Source: the human T2T-CHM13v2.0 reference genome, Homo sapiens. Taken from it: a stretch of 64,000 nucleotides of DNA. Shown here in pieces: positions 40,465-56,822 of the stretch (the stretch's first letter is position 1; the number at the start of each line of letters is the position of its first letter). Below the pieces are notes generated by a model, which ran no database searches, was not told the DNA's origin, and saw only the letters and a program-made list of their open reading frames with translations. The DNA lies in NCBI RefSeq assembly GCF_009914755.1, contig NC_060941.1; one strand, given 5' to 3'. The position numbers and the translations under genes are program-made.

Positions 40465-43017
40465 AGACACCTTTTGAAGGCAGACACCGAGTCTCTCACC
40501 CGTGTACAGAGAAGGCAGTCAGTCAACATTTATCAGGTTAAACTGAATTCAGTTCTCACAGTTACTAAGCATCCTTATTTTCCTACTTCAGAGAACAGAG
40601 GAAAGATGGCCACTTAGGCTGTCAACAGACTGAAGTGACAGTGACAAAGGAGGGGTGCTGGAAGGCTGACCCAGCTGAGAATACTCCCTAGAGAAGATGT
40701 GGCAAGCCTCAGGAGGTCTGGCCACTCTTGGAGTGCTTAACCTGAAGCCTGAGAGCAGCACTGAGGGTGGGGGAGGCTGCCCCCTCTTAAAGCTGCCTTT
40801 TCAGAAAGCAAAGTGATGCAGCGGTGTGAGCACACTCTGAGGGCCTGTCACAGGAGCTAGCTGGTTAATGGCCAAGTGGTCAGTTCACTGGAAGCCTTCT
40901 TTTCCTGCCTGTGGCTACAAGATTAGGGGCTTGGAAGACCCAGAGGAAGGTCTAATGAGGAGAAAAAAGGAAAGAGATCAATTCAGATCTCCTTCATTCC
41001 TTTGGACCGTATACAAAACCCCAGAATAAAACCAGAAACAAACATAAACCATAACCTATTCATTTCTGTATCCCTGAAAGTTTTGACAAAGCTTTGAATC
41101 ATCAAATTTCAGACCAATAAACCATTGCTGATTTAAACTATGGGCTCTGGGATGCCTTTGGATAGAAGGGAGCTTCTGTCAGCTCCTGCTTATGCCCCAG
41201 ACCAGACTTCCTATTCCCAGTGACAGGGTCCCCAGGGAGCTGCTGTCCACACAGAATCTGGCCAGAGCCCAGCTACCAGGCTCTGACGTCTTCAAAGAAC
41301 ACACACCTCCAGTTTCTCCTGTCCCCACTCCCATCCCCACCCCAATCAGTTCACTTTCTTCAGTGGAAAGTGCATATGGTTAGACTATTGCTGGGGCATG
41401 GGGAGGGGGGCTGGAGAGGCATGACCACACTGAGGTGACTCTGCCAGGATGACTCCATTTCCGCTCCTGAAAACAATTTCAAGGGAAAGGCTCAGGGATG
41501 GCATAGAGTGGGAGCATCCTTTTTGTCTTCTCAACAAATGGGACTTAATGTAAGCAAACAAAAAGGGACACAAGCCAAAACACCAGCCAAGGCATGAGGT
41601 GAAAACATAGGGGTGAAGCTGAAAGCTGCCGGAAGGGAAGTCTTTGGTGCCCCTGGGGGTAGAAGTGAGTGTCAGCAAGCTACCAACCAGGCTGCACCAC
41701 TCTCAATGTGTCTTTCCTCCCATCCTCCCAGGGAGACCGGCTCCATCCAGAAAGGCAGATCCTGTGGTGCGGGTAAGCCGACTGAGCCCTCGCACATGTT
41801 GGTAAAAAGTACCAGAACCACACTGCTGGGTCTGTCTTTTGGCGGGTTGAGGGGGATGGGGTGGCTACGGATGGCTGGAGGGCAGCCAGAAGACAGAAAG
41901 CCCCCATACGGGAAAGGAAGGAGTACAGTGGGGAAAGGAGGGGTAGGCATCAGCTGGATTCTCTTTGCAGTTGGCCAGGGTGCTACTGATGGCAAAGGTG
42001 CCACTGGGTAGGCTGACCATGCCTGCGAATGGCACTCTGAAAGGGAATCAGAAGGTGGGCTGGGGGCAGGCAGATATGCACGGATGAGCTCTATCACCCA
42101 CTTCCCTATAGGCACAGGGGGACTTTGGAAAAGCTAGTGTGGAGCCCAACCTCCCCCTTCCCCTCAATCTGGCTGCAGCTCTGCTTCCACCATCCTCAGG
42201 GCAACCAAAGGGGCAGTGGGCTTTGGCCAGCAGCTGGTAATCAGAGCCATGGGTTCTACCTCTGCCAGGACCCCCAACCATGCCTCACAGGCAGGAGGTG
42301 TTAGGGAGGCACGTCTGTGTGGCCCCTTTACCTTGAAAGCTTTTCAAGTGCTAACACATTCGATCTACTTTTCCATAATGGAAAGGTTAAGGCTGTACCC
42401 CACTCCACCCCCAAGCCACAAACAGTCAAAAGCCAGTTTAAGTCCTTCCTGGCTGGGCCCTCACCCTCTGTCATCTGCAAACCTTTGCTTCTCCAGTTAA
42501 ACTGCAGGCTCCCTGAGGGTAGGGCCAGGACTGACCCTGTCCCACTTCTCTGAAGAGCACCAAGAAGCATCCTGATACCACGATGGTGCAGAGAAGTCTG
42601 TTACCGCTCTGGCACCCCACACTTAGCTGAACCTCCTCTCAGCCTAGCCGCATTGATATGAGAGCTGCTACCAACTCACAGGCTGGCAAGGCAGCCAGTG
42701 ACCTGTCACCTCCAACCCCATTCTTGTCTCATGGTGGGAGCAGCACTTTCTCTCCTGGGGGAATTGTCAGAGTCTCTGGGGGAGTCTTAAGTTTTCTAAA
42801 GTATATTCAACATGCAAATAAAAGTACTTTCTTTCTCAAAGGGGCTAAAAAAAGGTTGACCCAATGCAATGCTACTCCATGCTCTAATGAAGAAGATTGA
42901 AAACAGGGTGTGTGGGTGAGGATGCGAAGCAACTAACATTCTTGGGTGCTGGTGGCTGAGAACACCCAAGAGCCCAGTGGAGCCCATTCCCCACCACACA
43001 GCAACCTCACACCCCGG

Positions 43018-43100
43018 TATGAGGTGGATACATATGAAATTGCTAATATTTGGCCATTTTTGACCAACAAAGATGGCACTTTCACATATTCAACTTAATA
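43018..43100. mobile_element. MADE2-like mariner MITE (~80 bp)
   Basis: Degenerate terminal inverted repeats TATGAGGTGGATACATATGAAATTGC / GCACTTTCACATATTCAACTTAATA. Confidence 0.7.
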
Positions 43101-43139
43101 TATTCCCATTAAAAAGGAATATATATATGCTCAAGAAAA

Positions 43140-43560
43140 GTCAAGTGCTAGATGCTCATAGCAGCATTTTTCACAGTACCCCCAAACTGCAAACACCAAG
43201 TCCCCATCAACAGTGGGAGGGGTAAATAAACTGTAGTGTGTTCACACAACAGGACTTGGCACAGCAATGGCAACGAAAGACCTAGAATCACAGGCAACAA
43301 TGCGTGTGACACCCACAAACACAGCAGAGGCAACAGAGCACTCTGGATGAAGTTCAGGAACAGAGAAGACTCGTCTATGCTGTGAGAGCTCAGGCAAGTG
43401 GTCATCCGGAAGGTGGGAGGTTTTGGGTGTGGTCATATTCTGTTTCTAGATGCAGGGGCTGGTTACATGTTCAGTTTGTGAAAATTTATCAAGTTGTATA
43501 CACTTTTATGTGTGATTTCCTGTATATATATTATAATTCAATTAAAAGTTTAAAAAAAAG
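43140..43560 (+). mobile_element. Old L1M 3'-end fragment
   Basis: ATGCTCATAGCAGCATTTTTCACAGT... ending TATATTATAATTCAATTAAAAG plus A run. Confidence 0.65.
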
Positions 43561-44468
43561 AAAGGGCTAGGGATCCTGTTTATTCCATTGGTTCACCCTG
43601 TTACAGAAGCCAAGCCACCCACAGCTGAATGCTGCCTGCTGTCCTCTGCTGGGCAGCCGTTACCAAAGGTAAGAGCTCTTCAGGAACACTGCAAATCTGG
43701 AGAGGAAGAACACTCTCCAGCTGGGTTATCAACCCCCATCTAGGAGTAGCACCCTTATCTGAAGCCCATGCTTTTCACAGCTGGACCAGGAAACTGTCCA
43801 GCCAGGCAGAAGCTTGTGAGGCATCTCAAGGCCCTGTTCTGCTCAGGTCCCCATGGCCAGCACACACTGCTACTGCCAGACCAGCAGGGGGAGGCCTCAG
43901 AACATGGTGCTGGCCACTTCACACCTTGGGCTGATCTCATGGGCTCAGGATTGAGAGCAGACAGGCAAGAACCCCAAGTTCCATTTTACAGATAAGGTGG
44001 TACATGCCCACAATAAATTAGTACACCTGTCTGAGGTTAGCAGCAGGACTGGGTAAAAGCTAGGAGGAGCTGGAAAGTGTGGAGGGGTGATCCTGATAGG
44101 AAAGCTTGGAGGTGAGGGCAGGGTGTGCGGGGACAGGCATCCTCAGGGTAGAGGTGTGGGCCACAGCCAGTGAAGAAGGCTGTGTCTGCCCTCAGCCATG
44201 GTCCCCACACAGTCAGCAGGGACAGTGCAGTTCACACCCCTTGTGATAACTGTGCTTGCCATGCGGTAGGCTAGCCACCCTGCTGGGCCCGCCACCCTGC
44301 AGACAGGCCTCGGGGTCAGAAAGCTCTACCACAGGACATGCTTTGTGAGAAGAAGCCACCATTTGTTTTCCTAACATGAATTCCTGGGGGTATTGAGGTA
44401 GGGGAGTGCAGCCCCAGAAGGAAGGGCTGTGGTAGAGTGGGGTGTATGAGGAAGGTAAAGTGCATGCA

Positions 44469-44471
<3 letters not shown>

Positions 44472-44509
<38 letters not shown>
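44472..44509. repeat. (GT)19 microsatellite
   Basis: Direct reading. Confidence 0.98.
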
Positions 44510-44510
<1 letters not shown>

Positions 44511-45349
44511 AGAGGGAGACAGAGAGACAGAAGGATATTGGGTGGGCAGAACAGGGACGAGGGACAACCCTAGGGTAAACAGGGGAAGGCCTCCCAGAGT
44601 TCCTCAGAATTAACTACATTCACTCATTCATTATAAAGAAATACTGAACACCCGCTCTACACATTACACTGCTCTAGACCCTGGGGACAGCATGTCCCTG
44701 GGTTCTTAGGGAACGAAGAATGAGGCAGACAAAAGAAATGTTAGCAAAGCCAGTCTTGAAGACCACAAAAAAGGATGATGTGAGACAGAGAGTGTGTGTG
44801 CTTAAAACCAGCTGGAGGCCTCCGAGGCACCTGTGAATGAGGAGGAGGAGTCACTGCTCTGAAAGCTGGGGAAAGACCTTTCAGGCAGAGGGAAGTGAGC
44901 ACAGGGAATGGACAGAGGCTCCTCTCCAGCTGCACACCTGACCCATCTGAGAGCCCGGCCTGCCCCGGCACTCCACTTCCTGCATTCTCCGCTGCCTCTG
45001 CCTGGTTGCCTCCCTTTGCCCTTGCTGGAGCCCCACGCCCAGCCCTAGGTTTGTCTCTCCTCTTGGCTCCTGCAGGCCCTTGTCTTGCCTCTGCCACAGC
45101 ACTAATCACCCAGGCTGGATGTGCCTGTTGACTTATGTGCCTTCTGTGTCACCACGTGCTCTGTCTAAAACCCAGGTCTGCACACATCCCAGCTCAGAGC
45201 CCTTCGATGTCTTCCCACTGCCTACAGGACCAAGCATGCCTCCTCAGCATGCATGGCCACTGGCCTCTGGGCATCCTTCTGGTCCCATCTCCTGCCTGCT
45301 CCCCCACCCCAAGCCCTGCCCCCAACATTCTTCATTACACCCCCTTCCC

Positions 45350-45801
45350 CACATAGTGGTCTCTACAACATGTCCACAAATTATTTGATCCTCCTTTCTT
45401 CAAGAGATGGAGTTTATTTCCCCTACTCTTGAGGCTAGGCCTGGTGACTCCCTTCTAACAAATAGAATATAACAGAAAAAAATGGTATGTGACTTCCAAG
45501 GCTAGGTCATCAAGACCTAATCTTGATGTCCACATGGTGATAAACTCAGGTCTCTTGCCAATAGTCATCAAGGAACTGAGGCTTCCTGCCAACAGCCATG
45601 TGGGTGCACCATGGTGGAAGTGGAGCCTCCAGCTATAGTCGAGCCTTCAGACAATGCAACCTCAAGAGAGACTCCAAGCCAGAATTGCCCAGCCACCTGC
45701 TCCTGAATTCCTGGCCCACAGAAACTAAGAGATAATGAACATTTTCCGTTTGAAGGTATGTTTTGAGGTAATTTGTAACACAGTGAGTGATAACAAATAC
45801 A
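45350..45801 (+). mobile_element. MLT1 (E/F-like) MaLR solo LTR
   Basis: CCCACAGAAACTAAGAGATAAT...GGTAATTTGTAACACAG...GATAACAAATACA is the typical MLT1 3' end. Confidence 0.8.
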
Positions 45802-46349
45802 ACCCAAATATGCCAACTGCTCTCTTTGATGCGTCTGGGCCTTTGCACATGCTATTCTCCCTGCCTGTGAAGTCTCTCCCACTGACTTTTCCACCAAACT
45901 CCCCATCATTCTTCAGGGTCCAATGGAAATGTCATCTCCTCAGTGAAACATCCCTTAACACCATCCCCAGCCCCTTACCTTGCTCCGCCTGACCCAGAGT
46001 TGGCCCCTGCCCTGTGACCTCACCAAACCCGCACGTAGCTCTAACATGGTTCTTCCTACTCCAAGTTTTCTCAGAGGCCTGTTGAGGCCACCCTACCTGC
46101 CTTTGTGAGCAGCAGAGGGATGGCACCCAGAAAGCTTCAGGAAGGCTCTGTTAACTGGCTGGAGAGCCATCAATTAGAATTTCATTCCAGTGGGATGAGA
46201 ATTTTTTTTGAAGTATTTTGCACCAAATATTTTAAATGTAGAAGTCTCCATTTTTTTTTTCCTCCAAATGGTGGGAGAGCATGAGGACTCATCAATAAGA
46301 GACTTCATCTTACTCTGTTCCAACAAATTGGGCAAGGGGTCCAACCTAC

Positions 46350-46499
46350 CTGGATCAGAGCAAGCACTTTGTCCTGTACAATGGTGGGAGGGTTGTTCTT
46401 GGGAGATATAATTTTGACCAGAACACTGTCGATGAAATCTCGGTTGGCCACAAGGATGTGGAAGCGGTGGCCACAGTTCTTCACACATGTCTCCAGCAC
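46350..46499 (-). CDS. TOM1L2: TOM1L2 exon 4 (150 nt, [14 protein letters not shown]...KVLALIQ; VHS core)
   Basis: atcAG acceptor, GTAGGT donor, phase 0-0; VHS signature LETCVKNCG. Confidence 0.98.
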
Positions 46500-47337
46500 C
46501 TGATGTGGGGAGGGAAGGAAAAGGGTCACCCCAGTGGGAGCTGGAGAAGACACTGGGAACTGAGGAGCGCAGCTGAGTTTCCACCATCCCCTCTGTCTTG
46601 CTCCTAGATCAGCTTTCTGACACGTCTCCTCCAGAGCCAAACCTGCATGGCACACGCATTCCCACACTCCATTCTCCAGGGATGACAGCAGCCCCTTACT
46701 GACTGAAGTCTCCTGTCCCTGCACAATAATCAGGCAATTAGTTGGTAATTGAGGCACCAGTTTTGCATGAGAAGGATGCTAGTGTTTTAATGGGATCAAA
46801 ATGACTGAGCGGTCCCTGAAAATTAGCATTTTAACTCCTCTCTCTGGGCCTCTGGGTATAAGGCATTAGCCAATCGGACATGGGCTCTGTCACAAGAGGA
46901 GGCTGCTATGACAGCTTGAATTGCTTAGTGAGTTACTGGCCCTTATATGTGAGAAAGCAAATGCACACACACATCCCCCACTCAACCCTGCTTCTGCAAC
47001 CAAAATTGGCAATGACAAAGGATTTTCCACTCTTGACAAATGGTTTGTGGACCTCAGCTGCCAGGTGACTTTAATGTCCATGTTCAATTCAGACCCTGCC
47101 TGCTCCTCCCTTGTCTGGGAAAACAAGTGACACAGGCTTTAGCTGCTCAGAAAAGCCCAGCATACTGGTTCTGGCCAGACGGTCAGTGAGAGCTTGAACC
47201 TCAGCTCCACCACTTTCTCCCTGAATGGCCCAGGACAGATCTTTCTGAGCCTCAGCATCCTCATCTGTAAAGCAGAGATGATGAGCTCTCCCTTGCAAGA
47301 TTGTTGGAAAGATTAGCAAGAATACGTTTAAAGCATA

Positions 47338-47753
<416 letters not shown>

Positions 47754-50513
47754 TTACTGTTCAGAAGGCTGCTGTACACACGACGAAGGGGATGGCCTCT
47801 TATCCTCCCATAGGACAGGTATGTAGCCTCTTGGAATTCGGAGGTGCCAACTGGGAGTGCTCTGAACTTCCCAGCACTGTGTAAACCAACCCATAGGATT
47901 ACCTGGCCCTTCCCATGCCAACAGCCCCCAGTGCCACAGTCTACTAACTGGGGAATGCCTCCTCAAAACGATGTCACCAGCAACAGGGAACATTTCTGAC
48001 TACCTCAATTATTCTCATTTGCCCAAACTAATCCAACCACTGGTTAACTTCTGCAGCCATCCCACAGGGCTAGGTCCAAGCAAGTGGGCTTTACCTGGAC
48101 AAAACATAGCCGTAAAGAAAGGTCCATAACTGGAACACTGACTGAATGCGACTATATGCCAGGCACTATGAGAGATCCTTCCATAACATATGGAGTTTTA
48201 TCCAATTCTCACAACTAATTACTTCTCCTTAAGTGGACCTTAATATCCCATGTTTTAGAGTTAAGAGGTTTAGAAAGGTGAAGACATTGATCTAGGTACA
48301 AATTGTCAGTCAGTGCCAGAAGGAGCACAAGAGCTGTGATTAGCCTTCTCTGGAGCCCCAGTCTCCTCGCCCACCTTGAGGCCACAGGGCCATCCCTCCC
48401 TCACAGCTCTCCTCCAAGCAGCCACATCAGCTAAGAGTGCCTCAGATGACAGGCAACATGTGTTAGATTTATTGTTCCCCCCTTTGGTCCTTGAAATAAC
48501 CCTGTAAGATGGGAATCATCCCATTTTAGAGATGAGGAAGCTGAGGATCAGAGGTACCATGTAACTTAACCTAGGAGGCCAAAGCTGGGACTCCCCATGC
48601 CAGGCAGCTCCGCAGCCAGCCAGAATCGTTCCTTGCCTTGCTGCTGGCTGCACCTTAGGAGGCCCCGGGTTCCTCTGGGCTTGCCAAGGAAGATTCTGGA
48701 GGTTAGCACCCTCAGGGCCTCTGAGTGACCACAGGTTTTACTAAGCCAAGGAGGCATTTTCCTTTCTGAGTCTCTGCTTGTGCCTGATTCTGGTAACCGT
48801 GAGGTAATTGGCATTCACTCTCTTGTAGTGATCCATGGGGGCACTGAAATGAACCAGAGGGGTTCTTTCTGTTCTCAAGGGCCTTACAGGCACCCTTCTC
48901 TCTAGGATTCTCTAAAACCTTCCTCCCAACTCAGGCAGTGGGGTGTTGGGGTCAAGGCAGATGGCAAGAAGTATGCTTTATTTTGTGAGAAGCAGGTGGG
49001 AAAGGTGAGGCTGCAATTATGAGTGGGGAAGAGAATTGGAAAAACAGGCATAGGTCTGAGGAGTAGAGCAGCCTGGGGCTCCACTCCACTCTCAGAGCAA
49101 CAGTGGCAGGAACCACTGCCCGCCATTAGGGAATACATGCTTAGTTTCTCCTGCACAGCAGTCCTCAAGGTCAGTGTGTCCCAGCCTGGTCTTGGAAGTG
49201 CCCTGGACAGAGATGCATGTGCCACAGAGCAGCCCCAAAGCCTATCTGAGCAGGAGATCTAGGAGGTCCTCCCTGGGCTGGCAAGAGCCGCTTTAGGCCA
49301 CCCTGCCAAACAGGACCCTGGCAGTTTTGTCCCTATAGGTTGAAAGGCATGAAACATACAGTGGTAATTTTCCAGAATGAAGCCAAAAGCCATGGAGAAA
49401 GTAAACGGGGCCTCTAAGCAATCAGAAGTGATGTTTAAGTCCACAAATGAAGACACAAGCAGAGAGCCCCTCAGGGCTTCTTACTAACTTATTTTGGGTA
49501 AATATTAACAATTTTGGTGGGTACAGATATGAAGTCCGGAGAGGGCCACAGGAAACAGGAGGACTGAAAGTGACTAAGAGAGTAAGTGAAGCCCTATCAG
49601 CAGACGTGAGACCATGCAAAGCGCGCTAGGATGGGGCCTCAGTGTAGGGACGGCAGCCCTGCGCATTTCACAGGCCTCCCAAAGGCATGGCTGGGTTTGT
49701 AGTGAAGACCTAACCCAAGGAAAGGTCAAACAGTGTCCATCATGCCCTGCTAGAGGAAGGCAAGTAAACGCAGAGTTCACTTTAGAAAGATTTCCATCCA
49801 ACACGATTACCATGAAGTTGGGTGTGTAAATGGAGATGTTTTAGATAGCAGTAAAATTCCCTGATATATTAGAGCTCATTCCCTCGTGATATGAGTTATT
49901 GAAAGCCACTCGTTTTGGGCATCACTCCTGGTTTAGTGAATGCTGTGGCTCAAATTCTGAGAAAAAATAAAATAAAAGCTTCAACTCCCTATTTCTCAAC
50001 CAGTCTTTTCTCCTTTATTATTCAAATCCCAATTCCCTGGCAGAACTCTCTTAATAAGTTTTGGGGTTTCGCTTGGGCAAAAAATCCAAACAGGTTCTCT
50101 GCTTTAAAAGGAAACATGGTTGTTTTGGATAAATAACCTACTATTTCAAAGCCCCAGAGAAGTTGACCTGGTGACCTGTTACAGTTTCTATTTTAAGAAC
50201 TCACTGTGGCCCAGATTTTGCCACATCTGAAAAACTGTTAGTTCTCAAGACAGAAATAACACCTGAAGTCGTCTTTTTAAATTCTCTGACAGCTTTGGTA
50301 AGGGCAAAAATCTGGTCTGTTCCTTCCTGAAAAAAATCACTTGGCTGACTTTTTCAAGAGTCTTTGTAGCTATTTTCAGTTTTTACCCCATGCAAAAGAC
50401 CACTTTATGATGGCAATCCACAGCTCAGTACACCTCACTAGCTGTGAAGGCTGGGTAAACCTCCAGACCTCTCTGAGCCTCAGTTTCATCATCTGTACGG
50501 GGGAGGATAGTAA

Positions 50514-50912
<399 letters not shown>

Positions 50913-51284
50913 AACATTTTTACAAAGAGGAAACTGATATCTAGAGAAGGAGTTGGTCTCAGTCTCAGAGCAGGCTGGTGACAGAAAAGGGACCCACCCA
51001 AAACCTTTAGCTCCTCTGCTCTGGGCTTCTGTACCTGACAGCACTGCACACACCTTATCTTCTGCTCGTATACATTTACCAAATTGAAGCTCACCACTCC
51101 CTGTTTCAGAGGACAGGAAAACCCAAAGGCAATACCAGAAGGCTTTGCTGGACTCCAGTGGCCCAGGCACCAAGCCATTCAGAGGTTGTGCTAAGTGGGC
51201 AGAGGGAAGGCCCTGTGAGGGGGGCAAGGCCAGGAGCAAGGAGTTCCCCAGATGACTTCTCTCCTCAAGGAGAATAGCACTCAC

Positions 51285-51363
51285 TGTTAATGCCAGCATC
51301 ACCTCTCTGTAGTTCCGGTTCCCGTTGAGCCGCTTCTTCAGGGCTCGAATGGCATCCTTTGGC
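51285..51363 (-). CDS. TOM1L2: TOM1L2 exon 3 (79 nt, [12 protein letters not shown]...VMLALT; VHS)
   Basis: tccAG acceptor, GTGAGT donor, phase 2-0. Confidence 0.98.
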
Positions 51364-51399
51364 CTGGAAAAAAGAACAGACATATAAAGATACTTACAA

Positions 51400-51860
51400 T
51401 CCCACTTGAGGACACGATCCTACAGATATGTGAACTAGTATATATGCAAGACTATTTGCTGGCTGCAGCATGTTTGTAAATGTAAAAGACTGGGAACAAA
51501 CTGAATGTCCATCAATACACAACAGGTTAAATTAAATCATTGACACAATGGAATACTATGCAGCTGCAAAAAAGAATAAAGAAACTCATGCACCAATATA
51601 CACCAAACTCAAAGACATGTGCATAAAGTTCTTTGCATAACAGTGTACAAAGCTTGCTATTAGTTGAGTTATAGAAGGAAAGCAAACATACATAGCACAG
51701 GTGCCAGCGTAGGGAAGAGACTCTCTAGAAAGAGCTATAACAACCTGGTAACTGTGGCTGCCCCTAAGGAAGGGAACCAAAGGCGGAGGGAGGTTTTTCA
51801 CTGGACTGCCTTTTTGCAGACCTCTTGAATTCTGTATCACATGCAAGTATTATTTATTCA
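51400..51860 (+). mobile_element. Old L1M fragment
   Basis: AATGTCCATCAATA...CAATGGAATACTATGCAGC L1 3' motif. Confidence 0.6.
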
Positions 51861-52617
51861 AAACCCTAACTAACCCACTGGTGTGTGGGTACATAGAAGA
51901 GAGTTTTTCCAGAGAAACCATATGAGAGACACAGAAGAGAGCGTGCCAGGTCCTTGTGAGCCCTGGATGCCCGGCTCTTCCTGAATTCCATGGAACTCCT
52001 TTTCCCAGAGAAAGCTTAAGTGAGTCTCCTTAAAACCCAACAAGTTTTGTGTTTTTAGGTGACAGATCTGAGGTGGATTCCCAGATAAAATCTTGCAGAA
52101 TTATAGACAGTACTCAGTTCACAAATGGGCTCTGTCCAAAAGTTGGAGTGGAGCTGTTTGGAAGTTGGAGTGAGTTCTTCCTTAATTACTCTTATACCTT
52201 AGAGTCAGGATTCCCAGGCAGCCCTCTAAGTATACATATTACATGTAGGTCTTGTGTCTAACATGTAATTTAATTTATTCTAACTCAGGATTCAACAAAG
52301 CTGTGGGCCTAGCAGCTGCCCCTGGCACAAAGCCCCTGTGCTGACCTGACCCATCACCCTATGCTCTGGGGAGCCCTCAGTCCGGCTGTGGGCCAGCGCT
52401 TTGCAATCACACATGGGTTCCAGCCTTCCACTAATCTATGTGTCAATATACTGGTCTTTCCCAGCTTGCACGTTTGTTAAGTCAGGGATCTCCTATTCCT
52501 ACAGTTTTAAAACATTTATACTCTACCAAATGAAAAGGCCCCTTCAAATGTGTATGAGGAAGTTGAGGAGGGGAAAGGGTTGATGCTCTGCTAATCAGCT
52601 TAATTTAAGAGAAACTG

Positions 52618-53279
<662 letters not shown>

Positions 53280-54466
53280 TTAAAACACCCTGAATCACCT
53301 GTTTCCCATTCCCAGCTTGACATATGGCTGCCCTGTAGGAATTCTTGGCCCCTGGGTCAAAGGGCTGATGAGACAGACACAAGGCTCCATGGGGACTGGG
53401 CCCAAGGCCAAGTATGTCTGCAGTACGGCTGCCATTTCCAAAAGGGGATGCTGATTTCTGCAAATATGGGACTTAACCGGCTCTCTGCTTTGAAGGCTGT
53501 TTGTGGCATGAGAGCTGATGAAATTCAGTGGCTACTGGCCAACAGCATGGACTGATTTCCTCTCTCCAAGGCTCTGCCAAACCACTGCTGTCCCTGACCC
53601 ACAGCTGCCACACCCCTCAGTCCTCTCTTCTGTCCTCTTGAACTTCCATGGAACAGGAAAATAGGAAGAGCGCCTGAGGGCTGCAATCATTTCTGGCTGG
53701 CAGAGGACCAGCACACTCAGGGCTCTCCTGGTGTGGGGGCCACGGGGTGGGAAATCAGACAGTCAGCAGCTTCCTGGATGAGGTTTAAAATGAAAATTCA
53801 TCCATAGGCTCTGGGAAGTACTGGCCGAGAGTGATGGGTGAGCACAAAAGCAAGTATTTATCTCTCTCCCCGGGGGAAAAGCTTCAGAGAGGAGGATCAA
53901 AGTCATGTCAAAGGAAACACAAAGTTTCAAGAAGCTGCAGCAGATTAGATAGTGTGGAGTTGGAAACCAGGAGAAGAGACAGAAGCATGTGTCAAGAGCC
54001 AAGATGGAGCAGAAAGAAAGGATCAGGAAGAATCAGTGGCCTGTGTTGAGATGGCATCAAGCCCTAGCAGCTTTCAGGGGAAAGGTCAGGCTCCTCAGGC
54101 AGTGCTCACAGCCTCGTGATTTGGCCTCTGGGCCATGATCAGGCTCCTCAAAGTCTCCCTGGACCCTAGACTTATAAGAACTCTTCCCTGATCCCCAAAC
54201 AAGCCTCCTGTCATCCCTCCAGCCACAGCCTTTGTATCTTTGTCCTTCAGCTTCAGGACTACTCTCTGGAAAAGCTTTCTCCTCATCACCCCCAAGGAGG
54301 ACATGGCTGCCCCTCTTCTGTCACCCTGAACATGCCCTCCCCATTATTATCTTGCTCTATTGCATGTCTTCAGTTCCTCCTCTGTGCCCTCTCCAGCTTA
54401 GAAGATAGAACACAAAGATTCTATGAGCTGAGGAGGGTCCAGAGATGGCCATGTAAATGACCCAGG

Positions 54467-54930
<464 letters not shown>

Positions 54931-56030
54931 CCTGAAGGACTGTCATCAAGGCCTTAGGCATCAGCATTCCTCAGGCTGATGGTGACCTCAGCTCTGGACA
55001 TTAGGGAAAGCCCAAGGAGAGGCCTTTCGGGCAGTTTACCAATCTGCACCCACCAGGACCACAGCCTCCCATTGGTAAAGTATTGCACAAATACAAGAAG
55101 TGCAGGCAGCACTTCAGTGGCTGCGGCCAGGTGAGCCTGTGCTTGCATCCTGCATGTGCCCTTCCAAGCTGTGCTGCAAGGCCTTTGGCAAGTGACCAAA
55201 CTACTCAGCCTCAGTTTCCTTAACACTGAAACAGGCTGTCACTACCATATAGAACTGTTGGGGGTAGGGGGCGCTGCTTGTGATGATGCACTGCAGGGCT
55301 GGACACAGGGCCTGCAGGGCGTGGCACATGCCAAGTGCTCACAGACAGCAGACAGGGTAAGGGCAGTGAATCCACCAAGATAGTCACCAAGACTGGGCAG
55401 ATAACTGACACCCAAATGAAAGTGATGACAAAAGTCATGGGCAATGGAAATCTTTAAAGTGAAATAGTACATCCACATAGATATAGTATGGATATGAAGA
55501 TACAGTTATGTAGCCAGATACATCATATATATTTACTCCTTTAATCCTTGTAACAACCCTATGAGATAGGTATTATTGGCAACCCCATTTTATAAGTGAG
55601 GAAATGGGACACAGACACAGGGAGATGAAGTAACTCACACAGGCTCGCACAATAAGCGAGTGGTGACCTAGAATTGCTCCAGCCTGTGGTGTCCACCTTC
55701 CTCCCCTTCATCCACCTGCCTCATCTGGCTGATACCCTGGCACTCTGTAAGACTCCAGTCTGGTGTCACTTCCTCCAAGAAGGCTTTGCTGCCAAAAGTC
55801 CCAAGGCTGACCACTGCCACTGCACTAGTCTCCGTAGCTATATATAGCTTCTCTCTCTCTCCCTGCCCCCCACCCAGCACTCGTTATGCATATGTTTATA
55901 TGCCTGCATTCCTCATCAGACTGTGAGTACCTTAGAGACTTCATTCATTTATTCACTTATTTAACAAATATTTATTAACAGCTAATCAAATGCATTGTGC
56001 TAGGTGCTAGGGACAAAATGTTGAGTAATT

Positions 56031-56463
<433 letters not shown>

Positions 56464-56681
56464 TCATATAACAGAGGACTTGTCCAAATCAGGAGGGGAA
56501 GGGGTTAGGGAAATGAGATTCAAACTGAGAGATCCAGTGAATGACGGGATCTACTTAGTGAGAGAGGTGACGAGAACAGAAGGGACAGCAGGTCAGAGGC
56601 CTTCAGGGAGGGCACAAAGGGGTGGGTGGGGTGCCCTACTGTCAGTCCAACTTGTGGGAGTTTCTTTCACTCAGGAAGAGA

Positions 56682-56822
56682 TTATTATTATTATTATTAT
56701 TTTTAAGATATGGGGTCTCACTACATTTCCTAGGCTGGTCTCAAACACCTAGGCTCAAGCAATCCTCCTGCCTCAGCCTTCTGAATAGGTGGGACTACAG
56801 GCATGAGCCACTGCACCTTGCT
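56682..56822 (-). mobile_element. FLAM/Alu monomer with (ATT)n tail
   Basis: Single Alu arm. Confidence 0.8.

Noticed and set aside
55265-55276. CTCF-like core TAGGGGGCGCTG
   Set aside because: The 5' half of the motif (CCAC/CCAG) is missing
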